64,000 nucleotides of DNA from contig CAWBKP010000012.1 of NCBI GenBank assembly GCA_963789395.1, positions 288,001-352,000 on the forward strand, read 5' to 3'. The stretch comes from an uncultured delta proteobacterium. GTDB lineage: Bacteria; Desulfobacterota; Desulfobacteria; Desulfobacterales; Desulfatirhabdiaceae. Positions 21,048 through 30,721 of this stretch are shown here, one piece after another. The notes below the pieces were generated by a model that did not search any database, was not told the DNA's origin, and worked only from the letters and a program-made list of their open reading frames with translations. Position numbers and translations under genes: made by a program. How positions within the stretch are numbered: the first letter of the stretch is position 1; every line of letters begins with the position of its first letter.

Positions 21048-22404
21048 ATGATCAGAAAAATTCATCCCGCAACCATCATCATCCTTAGTTTTCTGGATTG
21101 CATCAGCGTTGGAACCGTCCTGATCACGCTACCAGTTTCAAATGCTTCCGGCTACATTTCCTTTATGGATGCGCTTTTTACCGTAACTTCAGCCGTATGC
21201 GTCACCGGGCTTACCGTTCTGGACACTGGCTCCCATTTCACGCTGTTCGGACAAACCGTTATTCTATTACTGATACAGGTCGGCGGACTGGGACTCATGA
21301 CCATATCCGTGGTATTTTTCAGATTCCTTGGAATAAAGCGTTTCCTTCCAGCATCGCAGGGTCATGCAGGAATCCTTTTCCCATACCCCCCGAAAAGACA
21401 TCTATGCATTGCTTAAATCCATCTTTATTTTTTCAGGTCTTACCGAACTGCTTGGTGCTGTTTTGCTGGCGATTTACTGGAGCCGGGATTTTCCGATTCC
21501 TCAGGCTGCATATTTTGCGGTATTCCACTCGGTTTCAGCATTTTGCAATGCCGGCTTTTCTCTTTTTGCCGCCAACCTTGCCGACTACAGGGATTCGGTA
21601 ACGGTCAATCTTACCATCTGCGGCCTGATCATTTTAGGTGGCATCGGATTTCCGGTTATTTTTGACATTTATGAATATCTCTCCAAAAGGCGACGTAAAC
21701 GCGTTAAATTTTCCCTTCAAACAAAAATTGCAGCAACCACCACGTGCATTCTGATTTTTGCCGGTATGGGTTTATATCTGATGTTGGAACAAAACAACTC
21801 CATGAAAGGATTAAACCCTACCCAAAAAATCCTGGGCGCCTTCTTCCAGTCCGTTACCGCCAGAACCGCCGGATTCAATACACTGGATTTTTCCACGCTT
21901 AGCGATGCAGGGGCATTTTTGATGATGATTCTCATGTTTATCGGTGCATCGCCCGGTTCATGCGCCGGCGGCGTTAAGACCACGACCATTACGGTTCTGG
22001 CTGTTGCTGCGATAGCCAGACTTAAAGGCATGTTCCATCCCAATATTTACAAAAAAACCATCAGCGACGGCAATATCAAAAAAAGTCTGGACATTGTCGG
22101 CATATCGGTTTTTTTCATAACCATTATTTTTTTCTTGATGTTGATCACGCAGCCGCCGTCACCCATTTCCGGTCCGATGGCTCCCAGTCGATTTCGAATT
22201 TATCTTTTTGAAGTCCTATCTGCATTCGGAACCGTGGGTCTTTCCATGGGCGCTACCAAGCTGATCAACGACTGGGGCAGATTTCTGCTTGTCATCATGA
22301 TGTTGATCGGCCGGGTCGGTGCCCTCAGTTTTCTTTATTTCATTGCCGGTGATGGGAAAAAAGCGGGTTTTGAATATTCCGAAGAAAGCATGATGTTAGG
22401 ATAA
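21048..22404 (+). CDS. ktrB: Ktr/Trk potassium uptake membrane subunit (frameshift near 21336)
   Basis: TSAVCVTGL, IQVGGLG, SAFCNAGF, RTAGFN, IGASPGSCAGGVK, SAFGTVGLS selectivity repeats. Confidence 0.88.
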
Positions 22405-22407
22405 CAA

Positions 22408-23070
22408 ATGACAACCAAACGATTTGCAGTGATAGGTCTGGGGAAATTTGGCTTTCATGTGGCCAAATCACTTTTTGCGGAAGGACATGAGGTTGTGGCT
22501 ATCGATCAGGATCGAAAGCTCATTCGTGAAATCGATCCTTACTGCACCGAAGCCATCGTCATGGACGCCACGGACAAAGAAAATTTACTGGCTCTGGGAC
22601 TGCATGAAATGGACAGCGTGGTGGTCAGCGCCGGCGCAAAAATCAGCAACAGCATCCTGATCTGCCTTCACCTTAATGAAATCGGCGTAAAGAAAATCCT
22701 GGCCAAAGCCATGGATGATGACCATGCGAAAATCCTTAAAAAAGTCGGCGCAACGGAAGTCATTCGTCCGGAAATGTCCATGGCCATTCGCATCGCCAAA
22801 GGACTGTCTACTCCCAACATCCTGGATTTCATTCCTTTGGCCGAAGAATACAGCCTGCTACAGGTGGATCCTCCCAGAGCTTTCATAGGAAAGACCCTGA
22901 AAAATCTTGATCTTCGCGCCAGATACCATGTGCACATCATTGCCATAAAGGAATTCATTCCTGAAAATTTCATCCTTGCGCCACCGGCCGATTTTATAAT
23001 CAAGGACAGCGATCTATTGATCATCCTGGGCAAATCCGAAGACATTGGACGCATCAAAGAGTTAAAGTAG
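22408..23070 (+). CDS. ktrA: Ktr/Trk regulatory RCK subunit
   Basis: FAVIGLGKFG Rossmann motif, KVGATEVIRPE, TrkA-C domain. Confidence 0.9.
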   Translation: MTTKRFAVIGLGKFGFHVAKSLFAEGHEVVAIDQDRKLIREIDPYCTEAIVMDATDKENLLALGLHEMDSVVVSAGAKISNSILICLHLNEIGVKKILAKAMDDDHAKILKKVGATEVIRPEMSMAIRIAKGLSTPNILDFIPLAEEYSLLQVDPPRAFIGKTLKNLDLRARYHVHIIAIKEFIPENFILAPPADFIIKDSDLLIILGKSEDIGRIKELK

Positions 23071-23774
23071 TTTTGACTGTTTGACTTGGCAGACATATTC
23101 GCTCTTGGTGCGATCGGTCATCGTTTCAAAAGGAAATCCTTTCCTATGGTTCAGTATAATGAACAATTAATGTCATTCCTGAGGCAAGCGATCCCTATGC
23201 GCCAGATTCCATATGGCAACACAATTCTGCTTTCATTTTTTTCACAAGAGCTGTTCACCCAATATTCTCCGATAGGACCCTACAGCGCTTTGAAATACGC
23301 ATGGTTATTCCGACTTGAGTACATAAACCGCCACTTCTTGAAATCAAACATAGCAAAAAAAGCGCTTGACAATCCCATGCATTAAAATTATTCCAGTTAC
23401 ATTGTGGCTATGTGATAGCCCATAACCGTTCCCGAATCACAGGTTGTATTCGCCGCAACCATAACACCGAACATCCCTATAAACGGACATGACAGATGGT
23501 CGCCATTACCACGAAAGCTAATTGATGATCATCCAGATGAACCGTTCTTTTGAAAATATCCTTCAAAGCACTTCAAGTAAGCCGCTAAACGGTTCACATT
23601 GCTCAAGCGACACGTCGCAGAATTCAAGGATTGATACGGAATCTTGCTCACATAAATGATTACATGCATACAAATGGATTCCATACTACTGGGAAAAGGA
23701 GGTGATTTCTATCGTTTCAGGGCTTTCATAGTCTTAGCCTCATTCATTTCCGAATAAAAAAGGAGGAGCTGTCG

Positions 23775-24794
23775 ATGAATAGAAAAACAAGTATTTTTAT
23801 CAGCGTAATATGTTTTGTCGCAATGATTTTTTGTACGGTCACACTCAGTTCCGCAGAACCTGTCAAACTCACCTACAGCTGTTTTTTCCCGCCTTCCCAT
23901 ATTCAAAGCATTCTGGCGGAACAGTGGTCCAGGGAAGTTGAAAAACGAACCGCCGGCGCAGTAAAAATCGAATATTTCCCCGGGCAGACCCTTACCAAAT
24001 CCAACCAGTGCTATGATGGCGTGGTAGAAGGATTGTCGGATATCGGTTTTGCCGTTCTGGCCTATACGCCCGGCCGCTTTCCGGTCATGCTGGCAGTGGA
24101 TCTGCCGCTGGGTTACACCAGTGGCGAGGCGGCGACCAAAGTTGTCAATGATGTCTATAACCAGTTCAAACCCAAGGAACTGGATGATACGAAAGTCATG
24201 TATCTGCATGCACACGGACCGGGGTTGATCTTCACCAAAGACAAGCCGGTTCTGAAATTGGAAGACATGAAAGGCCTCAAGTTCAGAGGCCATGGAACCA
24301 GTGCCGAAGTTGTCAAGGCTTTGGGCGGCACGCCGATAGCCAAGCCCATGCCGGAAACTTATGAAATGCTGCAAAAAGGGGTCGTGGACGGGGCTGTCTA
24401 TCCGCTGGAATCCAACAAGGGCTGGAAACTGGGCGAGGTGGTCAAGTATTGTACAGCCAATTTTTCTTCCGCATACACCACATCATTTTTTGTCGTCATG
24501 AACAAAGACAAATGGAAAGCGCTTTCCCCCAATGTTCAGAAAATTATTGAGGAAATCAATGCGGAATGGGTCGTTAAGCACGGCGAAGCCTGGGACAACA
24601 GCGACATGATCGGATTGAAATATTTTCTGGAGCAGGGCGGCCAGATCAACGGGCAGGATAGCAAGGAAAGCGCCAAATGGAAAGCTGCGGTTGCACCCAT
24701 AATAGTTCAATATACCAAAGAGTTAAATAATAAAGGGTTGAACGGTAAACAAATTATCGAGTTTATTGAAACTGATTTGAAGAAGTATCAATGA
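23775..24794 (+). CDS. TRAP transporter substrate-binding protein (DctP family)
   Basis: Signal peptide, YTPGRFP, LEDMKGLKFR, ALGGTP, LQKGVVDG, VVMNK; strong SD. Confidence 0.93.
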   Translation: MNRKTSIFISVICFVAMIFCTVTLSSAEPVKLTYSCFFPPSHIQSILAEQWSREVEKRTAGAVKIEYFPGQTLTKSNQCYDGVVEGLSDIGFAVLAYTPGRFPVMLAVDLPLGYTSGEAATKVVNDVYNQFKPKELDDTKVMYLHAHGPGLIFTKDKPVLKLEDMKGLKFRGHGTSAEVVKALGGTPIAKPMPETYEMLQKGVVDGAVYPLESNKGWKLGEVVKYCTANFSSAYTTSFFVVMNKDKWKALSPNVQKIIEEINAEWVVKHGEAWDNSDMIGLKYFLEQGGQINGQDSKESAKWKAAVAPIIVQYTKELNNKGLNGKQIIEFIETDLKKYQ

Positions 24795-24816
24795 TTGTCT
24801 GTAACCTGTAACGGTA

Positions 24817-24882
24817 AAAAAAGGGGGGCCGTGAGGGATTTTTCTGCTGAATGCCGTCTGAAATCCTTCCTGGCTCCCCTTT
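24817..24882. terminator. Intercistronic stem-loop after dctP
   Basis: AAAAGGGGGGCC...AGGGATTT pairs with AAATCCTT...GGCTCCCCTTTT. Confidence 0.5.
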
Positions 24883-24972
24883 TCCAAATGGGGAGCCATT
24901 TTCACGATTGCTGTCACCGCTACCGTAATATCTGTCGGTTCAACATTTTGATTAGAGGCATATGGAGTGCCC

Positions 24973-25470
24973 ATGGAAAAAATTGACAATATTGTATCAT
25001 GGATGTCCGATAAACTGAAAATCGCCGGCGCATTTTGCCTGGCTGCAATGATGCTGATTACCTGTGTCGATGTCGTGGGACGGTTTTTCAATACCCCAAT
25101 TCTGGGAGCGGTTGAATTTGTCGGTTTTTTCGCCACCCTGACGACTGCATTTGCTTTGCCCTACACCCACCAGATGGATGCCCATATCGGCGTGGAGCTT
25201 CTGGTCAATACGCTTTCCCAGAAAACGCAGCAGATCATCAACCTGATAACGCGGGTGGTCAGTTTTTTTCTGTTTGGAATCGTGACATGGCGGATGGCGG
25301 TTTATGCCAATACCATTCACCAGAGCGGTGAAGTTTCCATGACGTTGAAACTCCCTGAATATATCATCATGTATATAATAGCGGTTTGTTTTCTAATTTT
25401 TACGCTCATTTTGATGCTGGATGTTATCAAATTGACCGGCAAAATAAATAAAAATCATAATATCAAATGA
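24973..25470 (+). CDS. TRAP small permease (DctQ family)
   Basis: DVVGRFFNTPILGAVE, HIGVELL, four TM segments. Confidence 0.9.
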   Translation: MEKIDNIVSWMSDKLKIAGAFCLAAMMLITCVDVVGRFFNTPILGAVEFVGFFATLTTAFALPYTHQMDAHIGVELLVNTLSQKTQQIINLITRVVSFFLFGIVTWRMAVYANTIHQSGEVSMTLKLPEYIIMYIIAVCFLIFTLILMLDVIKLTGKINKNHNIK

Positions 25471-25546
25471 TTATCGCGCTGCAATGTATGAAACCGCATA
25501 GCTCTATGTGTTTAACAATAATCGGACAGATTGATAAAGGTGATAA

Positions 25547-26860
25547 ATGGATCCTGGGGTGATTGGCGTTTTGGGTATTGTGATCATGCTGATCTTGTTC
25601 ATGACCAAAATGCCGGTGGCATACGTCATGACAATTGTCGGATTAGTCGGTTTCTCTTTGATGAAATCCTGGACAGGGGGGCTCAATCTGCTGTCGCGAA
25701 GCATGTACGAGGCGTTCTCCTCGTATGGACTGACAACGATTCCCCTGTTTATCCTGATGGGACAGTTTGCGTTCAATGCGGGAATCGGCAAACGGCTTTA
25801 TGATACGGCTTATAAGTTTTTTGGAAATATCCGCGGTGGGCTGGCCATGGCTACCATTGCAGCGTGTACTGCTTTTGGCGCGGTGTGCGGTTCCAGTCCG
25901 GCCACGGCTGCAACGCTTGCAGTCGTCGGGCTTCCGGAAATGCGGCGGTATGGCTATGATGATGAATTGTCAACCGGATCTGTGGCATCAGGCGGCGGAC
26001 TGGGCATGATCATGCCACCCAGTGTGGTTCTGATCGTATACGGGGTGTTGACCGAACAGTCGATTGGCGCGCTCTTTGTTTCAGGTATCCTGCCTGCTCT
26101 ATTGATGACGCTATTGTATTTTATCTGTATTTATATCAGATGCTTACAGTCTCCGGAACTGGGGCCTCCGGGAGATAAATTCACCTGGGCGGAAAAATTC
26201 AAGTCTTTAAAAAATATGGCGGATACCGCGGTATGTTTTATCGTGGTGATGGGCGGTCTTTTCTGGGGAATTTTTACACCGACGGAAGCGGCCGGGGTCG
26301 GGGCGTTTTCGGTTCTGGCGGTTTCCGTTATCAGAAGACAACTGGACTGGAAAGGATTTGTAAAGTCCCTTTATGAAGCCCTTCGTACATCCTGTATGGT
26401 TATTTTTCTGATTGCCGGGGCGCTGGTCTTTGGCAAGTTTCTGGCCGTCACCCGGATTCCATTTAATGCAGCCAGTTGGGTCAGTGACTTGAACATGCCG
26501 AATTTCGTTGTGTTGTCCGCAATTTGTCTTATCTATATCATCGGCGGTTGCATCATGGATGCCCTGGCCCTGATCATGCTGACCATTCCGGTGTTTTATC
26601 CGGTGATCACCAATATGGGCTATGATCCGATCTGGTATGGGGTCATCATCGTACTGCTGACCCAGATCGGCGTTCTGACCCCGCCGGTGGGGATCAATGT
26701 CTATGTGGTGTATGGGGTGGCCCAGGGCGTTATCGGTAAGGTTCCGCTGGAGAAGATTTTCAAGGGCGTTGTGCCATTTATCATTGCAACGATTGTCGGG
26801 ATTATTCTGATGACCATTTTCCCGCAGATTATCCTGATTCTTCCCCGGTTGATGTACTGA
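25547..26860 (+). CDS. TRAP large permease (DctM family)
   Basis: IPLFILMG, GGLAMA, LGMIMPPS, GIFTPTEA, TPPVGINVYV. Confidence 0.95.
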   Translation: MDPGVIGVLGIVIMLILFMTKMPVAYVMTIVGLVGFSLMKSWTGGLNLLSRSMYEAFSSYGLTTIPLFILMGQFAFNAGIGKRLYDTAYKFFGNIRGGLAMATIAACTAFGAVCGSSPATAATLAVVGLPEMRRYGYDDELSTGSVASGGGLGMIMPPSVVLIVYGVLTEQSIGALFVSGILPALLMTLLYFICIYIRCLQSPELGPPGDKFTWAEKFKSLKNMADTAVCFIVVMGGLFWGIFTPTEAAGVGAFSVLAVSVIRRQLDWKGFVKSLYEALRTSCMVIFLIAGALVFGKFLAVTRIPFNAASWVSDLNMPNFVVLSAICLIYIIGGCIMDALALIMLTIPVFYPVITNMGYDPIWYGVIIVLLTQIGVLTPPVGINVYVVYGVAQGVIGKVPLEKIFKGVVPFIIATIVGIILMTIFPQIILILPRLMY

Positions 26861-26966
26861 TAAAACCACCCGGAATTATGATGCAATTGAATCGTACCGC
26901 CATCCCGAATAGAACTTGTCGGCGATTCGGCCAGGATATCCAATATCAGATGAGGAACTTTGAAAA

Positions 26967-27458
26967 ATGGAAAAGCAGAATAAACTGTTGAGTGGCAAAC
27001 GGGTTCTCATCGTCGATGATGAGCCGGATGTTCTGGACACACTGGAAGATTTACTGCCCATGTGTTCCGTGACAAAAGCGGCGTCATTTGAACAGGCCAA
27101 AGGGTACCTGCAAACAGAGTCCTTCGACGTCGCCATTCTGGATATTATGGGAGTAAATGGATATGACCTGCTGGCGCTGGCGCGTCAACGCCAGGTGATA
27201 TCCGTCATGCTGACCGCCCGGGCATTGACACCTGAAGACGTTAAAAAATCGTACATCGAAGGCGCTTCGTTTTATATCCCGAAGGAAGAAATGCTGCACA
27301 TCGACAGCTTTCTGGAAGATGTACTGGAAGAGCTGGAAGCAGGCAAAGACCCCTGGAACAGATGGGTGGACCGCATGGCCGGTTTTTGCGAGAAAACATT
27401 CGGCTCCAAATGGCAGCAGAAAGACCCCGGATTCTGGGATAAATTCCCGTTCTATTAA
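26967..27458 (+). CDS. Stand-alone response regulator with Trp-rich C-terminal tail
   Basis: VLIVDDEPD, AILDIMG, MLTA, YIPK receiver motifs. Confidence 0.85.
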   Translation: MEKQNKLLSGKRVLIVDDEPDVLDTLEDLLPMCSVTKAASFEQAKGYLQTESFDVAILDIMGVNGYDLLALARQRQVISVMLTARALTPEDVKKSYIEGASFYIPKEEMLHIDSFLEDVLEELEAGKDPWNRWVDRMAGFCEKTFGSKWQQKDPGFWDKFPFY

Positions 27459-27486
27459 GGGCTGTCAATTCCGAAAAGCGGCAACA

Positions 27487-27520
27487 AAAACCCCTCTTTG
27501 CTATAGAAACAGGGGTATTT
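27487..27520. terminator. Probable bidirectional terminator hairpin
   Basis: AAAACCCCT...AGGGGTATTT between convergent genes. Confidence 0.45.
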
Positions 27521-27590
27521 GTCGCCGGTCCAAAAGGAGTATTTAGCCAGTTTCATCGTTTCTCCCTATAAAGCGTTGTTTGGCATGTGT

Positions 27591-28094
27591 TCATCTGTCT
27601 TCACCTTTGAGGCAGTTAAGGTGTGCGATGATATCTTCGGTAATTGCCTCCGGGCTGCGGCCGATATCGATGATCAGGCCGTCCGCAGGCTCTTCCATGG
27701 TGTCCATCTGGCTGGAGAGAAGGCTCTTGTTCATGAATTGGTGATCCCTGCTGCCGATCCGCTCCTGGAGCAGGGTGAATGATCCCTTCAGGTATACCGA
27801 AACTACGTCCTTCTGGTCGACGCCAAGAAGGTCGCGATACCACTTCTTGAGGGCCGAACACGCCAGGACCAGATCCTGACCGGCAGCCAGCCTGCTGTGA
27901 ATGCGCGCTTTCAGGATGGTGAGCCATCCGAGTCGGTCCGAATCGTCAAGCGGCGTGCCGGAGCGCATTTTGGCGATATTTTCCGGTGGATGAAAGTCAT
28001 CGGCGTCGTCGAAAAAATATCCGAGTTTTTCGGCCAGCAACCTGCCGATGGTCGTTTTTCCGCAGCCCATGGGGCCGATCAGGACAAGGATCAC
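27591..28094 (-). CDS. gntK: Gluconokinase (GntK/IdnK family)
   Basis: GPMGCGKTT, DADDFHPPENIAKMRSGTPLDDSDR, ACSALKK, LLSSQ; GTG start with AAGGAG SD. Confidence 0.9.
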   Translation of the reverse strand: MILVLIGPMGCGKTTIGRLLAEKLGYFFDDADDFHPPENIAKMRSGTPLDDSDRLGWLTILKARIHSRLAAGQDLVLACSALKKWYRDLLGVDQKDVVSVYLKGSFTLLQERIGSRDHQFMNKSLLSSQMDTMEEPADGLIIDIGRSPEAITEDIIAHLNCLKGEDR

Positions 28095-28098
28095 CGGA

Positions 28099-28824
28099 TC
28101 AGTCTCCTTGGCGTTCGATACCGAAATAACCGACGGCATTCCGGTAACAGATGTCCTGGATGGTGGTGCCGATCAGCTCCAAATCCGGCGGAGTATCGCC
28201 GTTTTCGTTATCGTTTCCGAACAGGTTGCACAGTACCCGCCGGAAATACTCATGGCGCGGATAAGACAGAAAACTCCGGGAGTCGGTGAACATACCGACA
28301 AAACGGAAAAGCAGGCCCATTTTGGAAAGCGCATTGATCTGCCTTTCCATGCCGTCTTTCTGGTCGTTAACCCACCATCCCGAGCCAAACTGCATTTTCA
28401 CCGGAATCCGGCCGTCCTGAAAATTGCCGATCATCGTTGCAATCATCTCGTTATCACGGGGGTTGAGGATGTAAAGGATGGTTTTGGCAAGCTTGTCCCG
28501 TGATTCCAGTTGATCCAGAAACCGGCCAAGGGCGCTTGCCATGGCAAAATCGCCGATGGAATCATACCCGGTATCGGAACCAAGCAGTCTGAAGGCCCGG
28601 GAATTCGTGTTCCTCAGGGCACCAAAATGAAACTGCTGGGTCCAGCCACAGTCATGATCCATGACAGCGCATACAAAGAGCATGGCCGACTTGAAGATGC
28701 GGATTTCCGACACCGGCAGGTGGCAATGGTAATCAAAGATCGGCATGCAGGCGGCAAATTCATGGTAAAGTCTTTGCGCACTTTTTGTCTGCAGCAGAAA
28801 TTCATCTGATAGAAACGGTTTCAT
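28099..28824 (-). pseudogene. uxaC: Uronate isomerase with a large in-frame internal deletion
   Basis: N-terminal PIFDYHCHLP is joined directly to QFHFGALRN, GSGWWVNDQ and TDSRSFLSYPRHEYFRR; 241 aa is about half the normal UxaC length. Confidence 0.88.
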
Positions 28825-28841
28825 GGTGGACTCCCAAGCGC

Positions 28842-30095
28842 TCATGATCTGAGACGGTGCAGAATTTCGCCCGCTTTTTCGACGAAAAGAACCCCTTCTG
28901 CTTCCCGGTTGCGGAAATCGTCAGGATTGACGGCTGCCGGATCAAGGTAGCCGAGGTTGATTTTTCGGCACATCTCAGGCGGAATGGCGGATGCCAGAAC
29001 AACCTCGATCCGCGGCTTTTCGATGCCGTTTTCCATGGTTCCGATGCCCCGGACATGGGTGGCGTGGGCCAGGACCCCCCGGGGAATGTCGGTGAACTGA
29101 TCGGGCCGGGCAAGGAAATAGTCTCTGACATGGTAGCCGATTTTTTCCATGTATCTGCCCCAGGTGCGAGAAACTTCGGTAATGTGCGGGGCATAAATGA
29201 TCAGTCTGCCGCTGTCGGCAACCACCTGCTCGAGTTTATACATGACCTTGCCGCCTGTCCAGATTTCATCATACATCGGCGGGCAGACGCCCAGGACGGT
29301 ATGATACGGACGATCCTTCCAGATGACATGCACTTTCTCGGACAGATCCGCAGCCTGCGACCAGGATTCGCGCCAGTCTCCGCAATACAGACCGTAAAGT
29401 TCCTGCCGGGATTTGACCACCATCGCCAGGCAGTGCACCGGGACCTCGATCAGGCGCATGGCCCGGTTGATCACTTCCCGCACCGGGGTATGCTTGATAC
29501 CGATGGTTCCGGGGCATGTCACGATGGCGCCGAGCCAGTGAAAGGCGTGCAGGAACTCACCAGCCGAAATCCCCGGAAAGAGATATTTCGCACCGCCCGA
29601 ATAGCCGACCACTTCATGCGGAAAAACAGGGCCGAGAATCAGAATCAGATCGTAATCAAAGATGGTTCGGTTGATATCAACCGGCACCCGCTCGCAAAGC
29701 CTGCCGCCCGAAATCTCCGCCATTTCATTTTCTTCGATCCAGCCGACACGGGTCAGGGTGCCGGGAAGATCCCATCGGTGGTTGAAAAACCGGGTGTTGC
29801 GGTACCGGCTGTTTCGTTCCTGCCCGCTGATTCCGTAAAGCGCAAGGATTCGCTCCTCCGCCAACGGGGTGTGGGTGCCGAGGGCGACCATGAAATCAAG
29901 CGCGCCGGCCTTGGTGCCGATGATGTCCTGGATACAGCGGATCATCAGAGGCAAGGGACAGGTTCGCGTGGTATCGGGGGTCAGGACCAGAACGCGCTTG
30001 CCGGTATAAAGCAAGGCGGGCGTGCCGCTGACGATGATCTCCCGTATCCGGGATTCATCTATGATTGAATCGGGTGATCCGATGCCGTAAGTCAT
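28842..30095 (-). CDS. LarA-family (nickel-pincer) alpha-hydroxyacid racemase/epimerase
   Basis: PDTTR, ALGTH, FPHE, SGGAKYLFPG, AFH and GGK motifs match the LarA catalytic and cofactor-binding residues. Confidence 0.85.
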   Translation of the reverse strand: MTYGIGSPDSIIDESRIREIIVSGTPALLYTGKRVLVLTPDTTRTCPLPLMIRCIQDIIGTKAGALDFMVALGTHTPLAEERILALYGISGQERNSRYRNTRFFNHRWDLPGTLTRVGWIEENEMAEISGGRLCERVPVDINRTIFDYDLILILGPVFPHEVVGYSGGAKYLFPGISAGEFLHAFHWLGAIVTCPGTIGIKHTPVREVINRAMRLIEVPVHCLAMVVKSRQELYGLYCGDWRESWSQAADLSEKVHVIWKDRPYHTVLGVCPPMYDEIWTGGKVMYKLEQVVADSGRLIIYAPHITEVSRTWGRYMEKIGYHVRDYFLARPDQFTDIPRGVLAHATHVRGIGTMENGIEKPRIEVVLASAIPPEMCRKINLGYLDPAAVNPDDFRNREAEGVLFVEKAGEILHRLRS

Positions 30096-30103
30096 GTCAA
30101 ACC

Positions 30104-30248
30104 TCAGATGTTGTGAACCAAGAACCCGCCATCAACCGTGACACACCCGGTAACAAAGCCGGGGACGCCCGTGAACTGGCCAGAAAGAGCGTGGCGGCCT
30201 TTGCGCGTCATATGCCCAGACTCCGGACAGCGGGGTATATGACGTCAT
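30104..30248 (-). pseudogene. Collapsed remnant of an SDR oxidoreductase (UxuB/gluconate 5-dehydrogenase-like)
   Basis: Manual translation with small indels: MTSYTPLSGVWAYDA(A)KA joined to TLFLASSRAS-GFVTG..VDGGFLVHNI*; YxxxK and C-terminal SDR motifs. Confidence 0.7.
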
Positions 30249-30417
30249 CAACATGATGATATTCTGATGTTATTTCACTCATTACCTGATCTTTTTTTTA
30301 GCAGGATACTGTTGAAAATATTGTCCGGAATTTGGGACAACTATATCAACAAAAAACGATAAGGTGGTATATTTTTATTTTTCCGTAAACTTGTAACAGT
30401 TTTAATTCTCATTGACC

Positions 30418-30646
30418 ATGGTGATCAAACTGGCCGAAACACACTCGAAAAGCTACTCCACCGAGATGGGTCATGAATTATCTGCATCTTCCCGACATCA
30501 TTACCCAGTGGTTTCTCTCCGTGTCGGATCAGAAGTGGGTGATTCTGCTGATGATCAGCATCCTGCTGTTGATTCTCGACGGCCCCATGGATATGGCTCC
30601 CATGATCCTGATCCTGACGCCAATCCTGTTTCCGGCGGTGACTAAG
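30418..30646 (+). pseudogene. Fused remnants of TRAP dctP (N-terminus) and dctM (internal)
   Basis: VIKLAETHSKSYSTEMG (DctP-like start) abuts YLHLPDIITQWFLSVSDQKWVILLMI...MDMAPMILILTPILFPAV (DctM). Confidence 0.7.
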
Positions 30647-30647
30647 C

Positions 30648-30719
30648 CTGGATTCGCTGGAAACCGGCTTTCGCCGGTATGACTGAAGAGGCAATTTGAA
30701 GGGGTTTTGAAAGAGGCTC
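30648..30719 (-). mobile_element. Truncated copy of REP-containing MITE
   Basis: Reverse complement GAGCCTCTTTCAAAACCCCTTCAAATTGCCTCTTCAGTCATACCGGCGAAAGCCGGTTTCCAGCGAATCC aligns with 46665-46735. Confidence 0.7.
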
Positions 30720-30721
30720 AC

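Noticed and set aside
23086..23385. 99-aa ORF after ktrA
   Set aside because: TTG start, no SD and no recognisable motif.
28857..30068. 403-aa ORF antisense to the LarA homolog
   Set aside because: Antisense shadow frame without recognisable domains.
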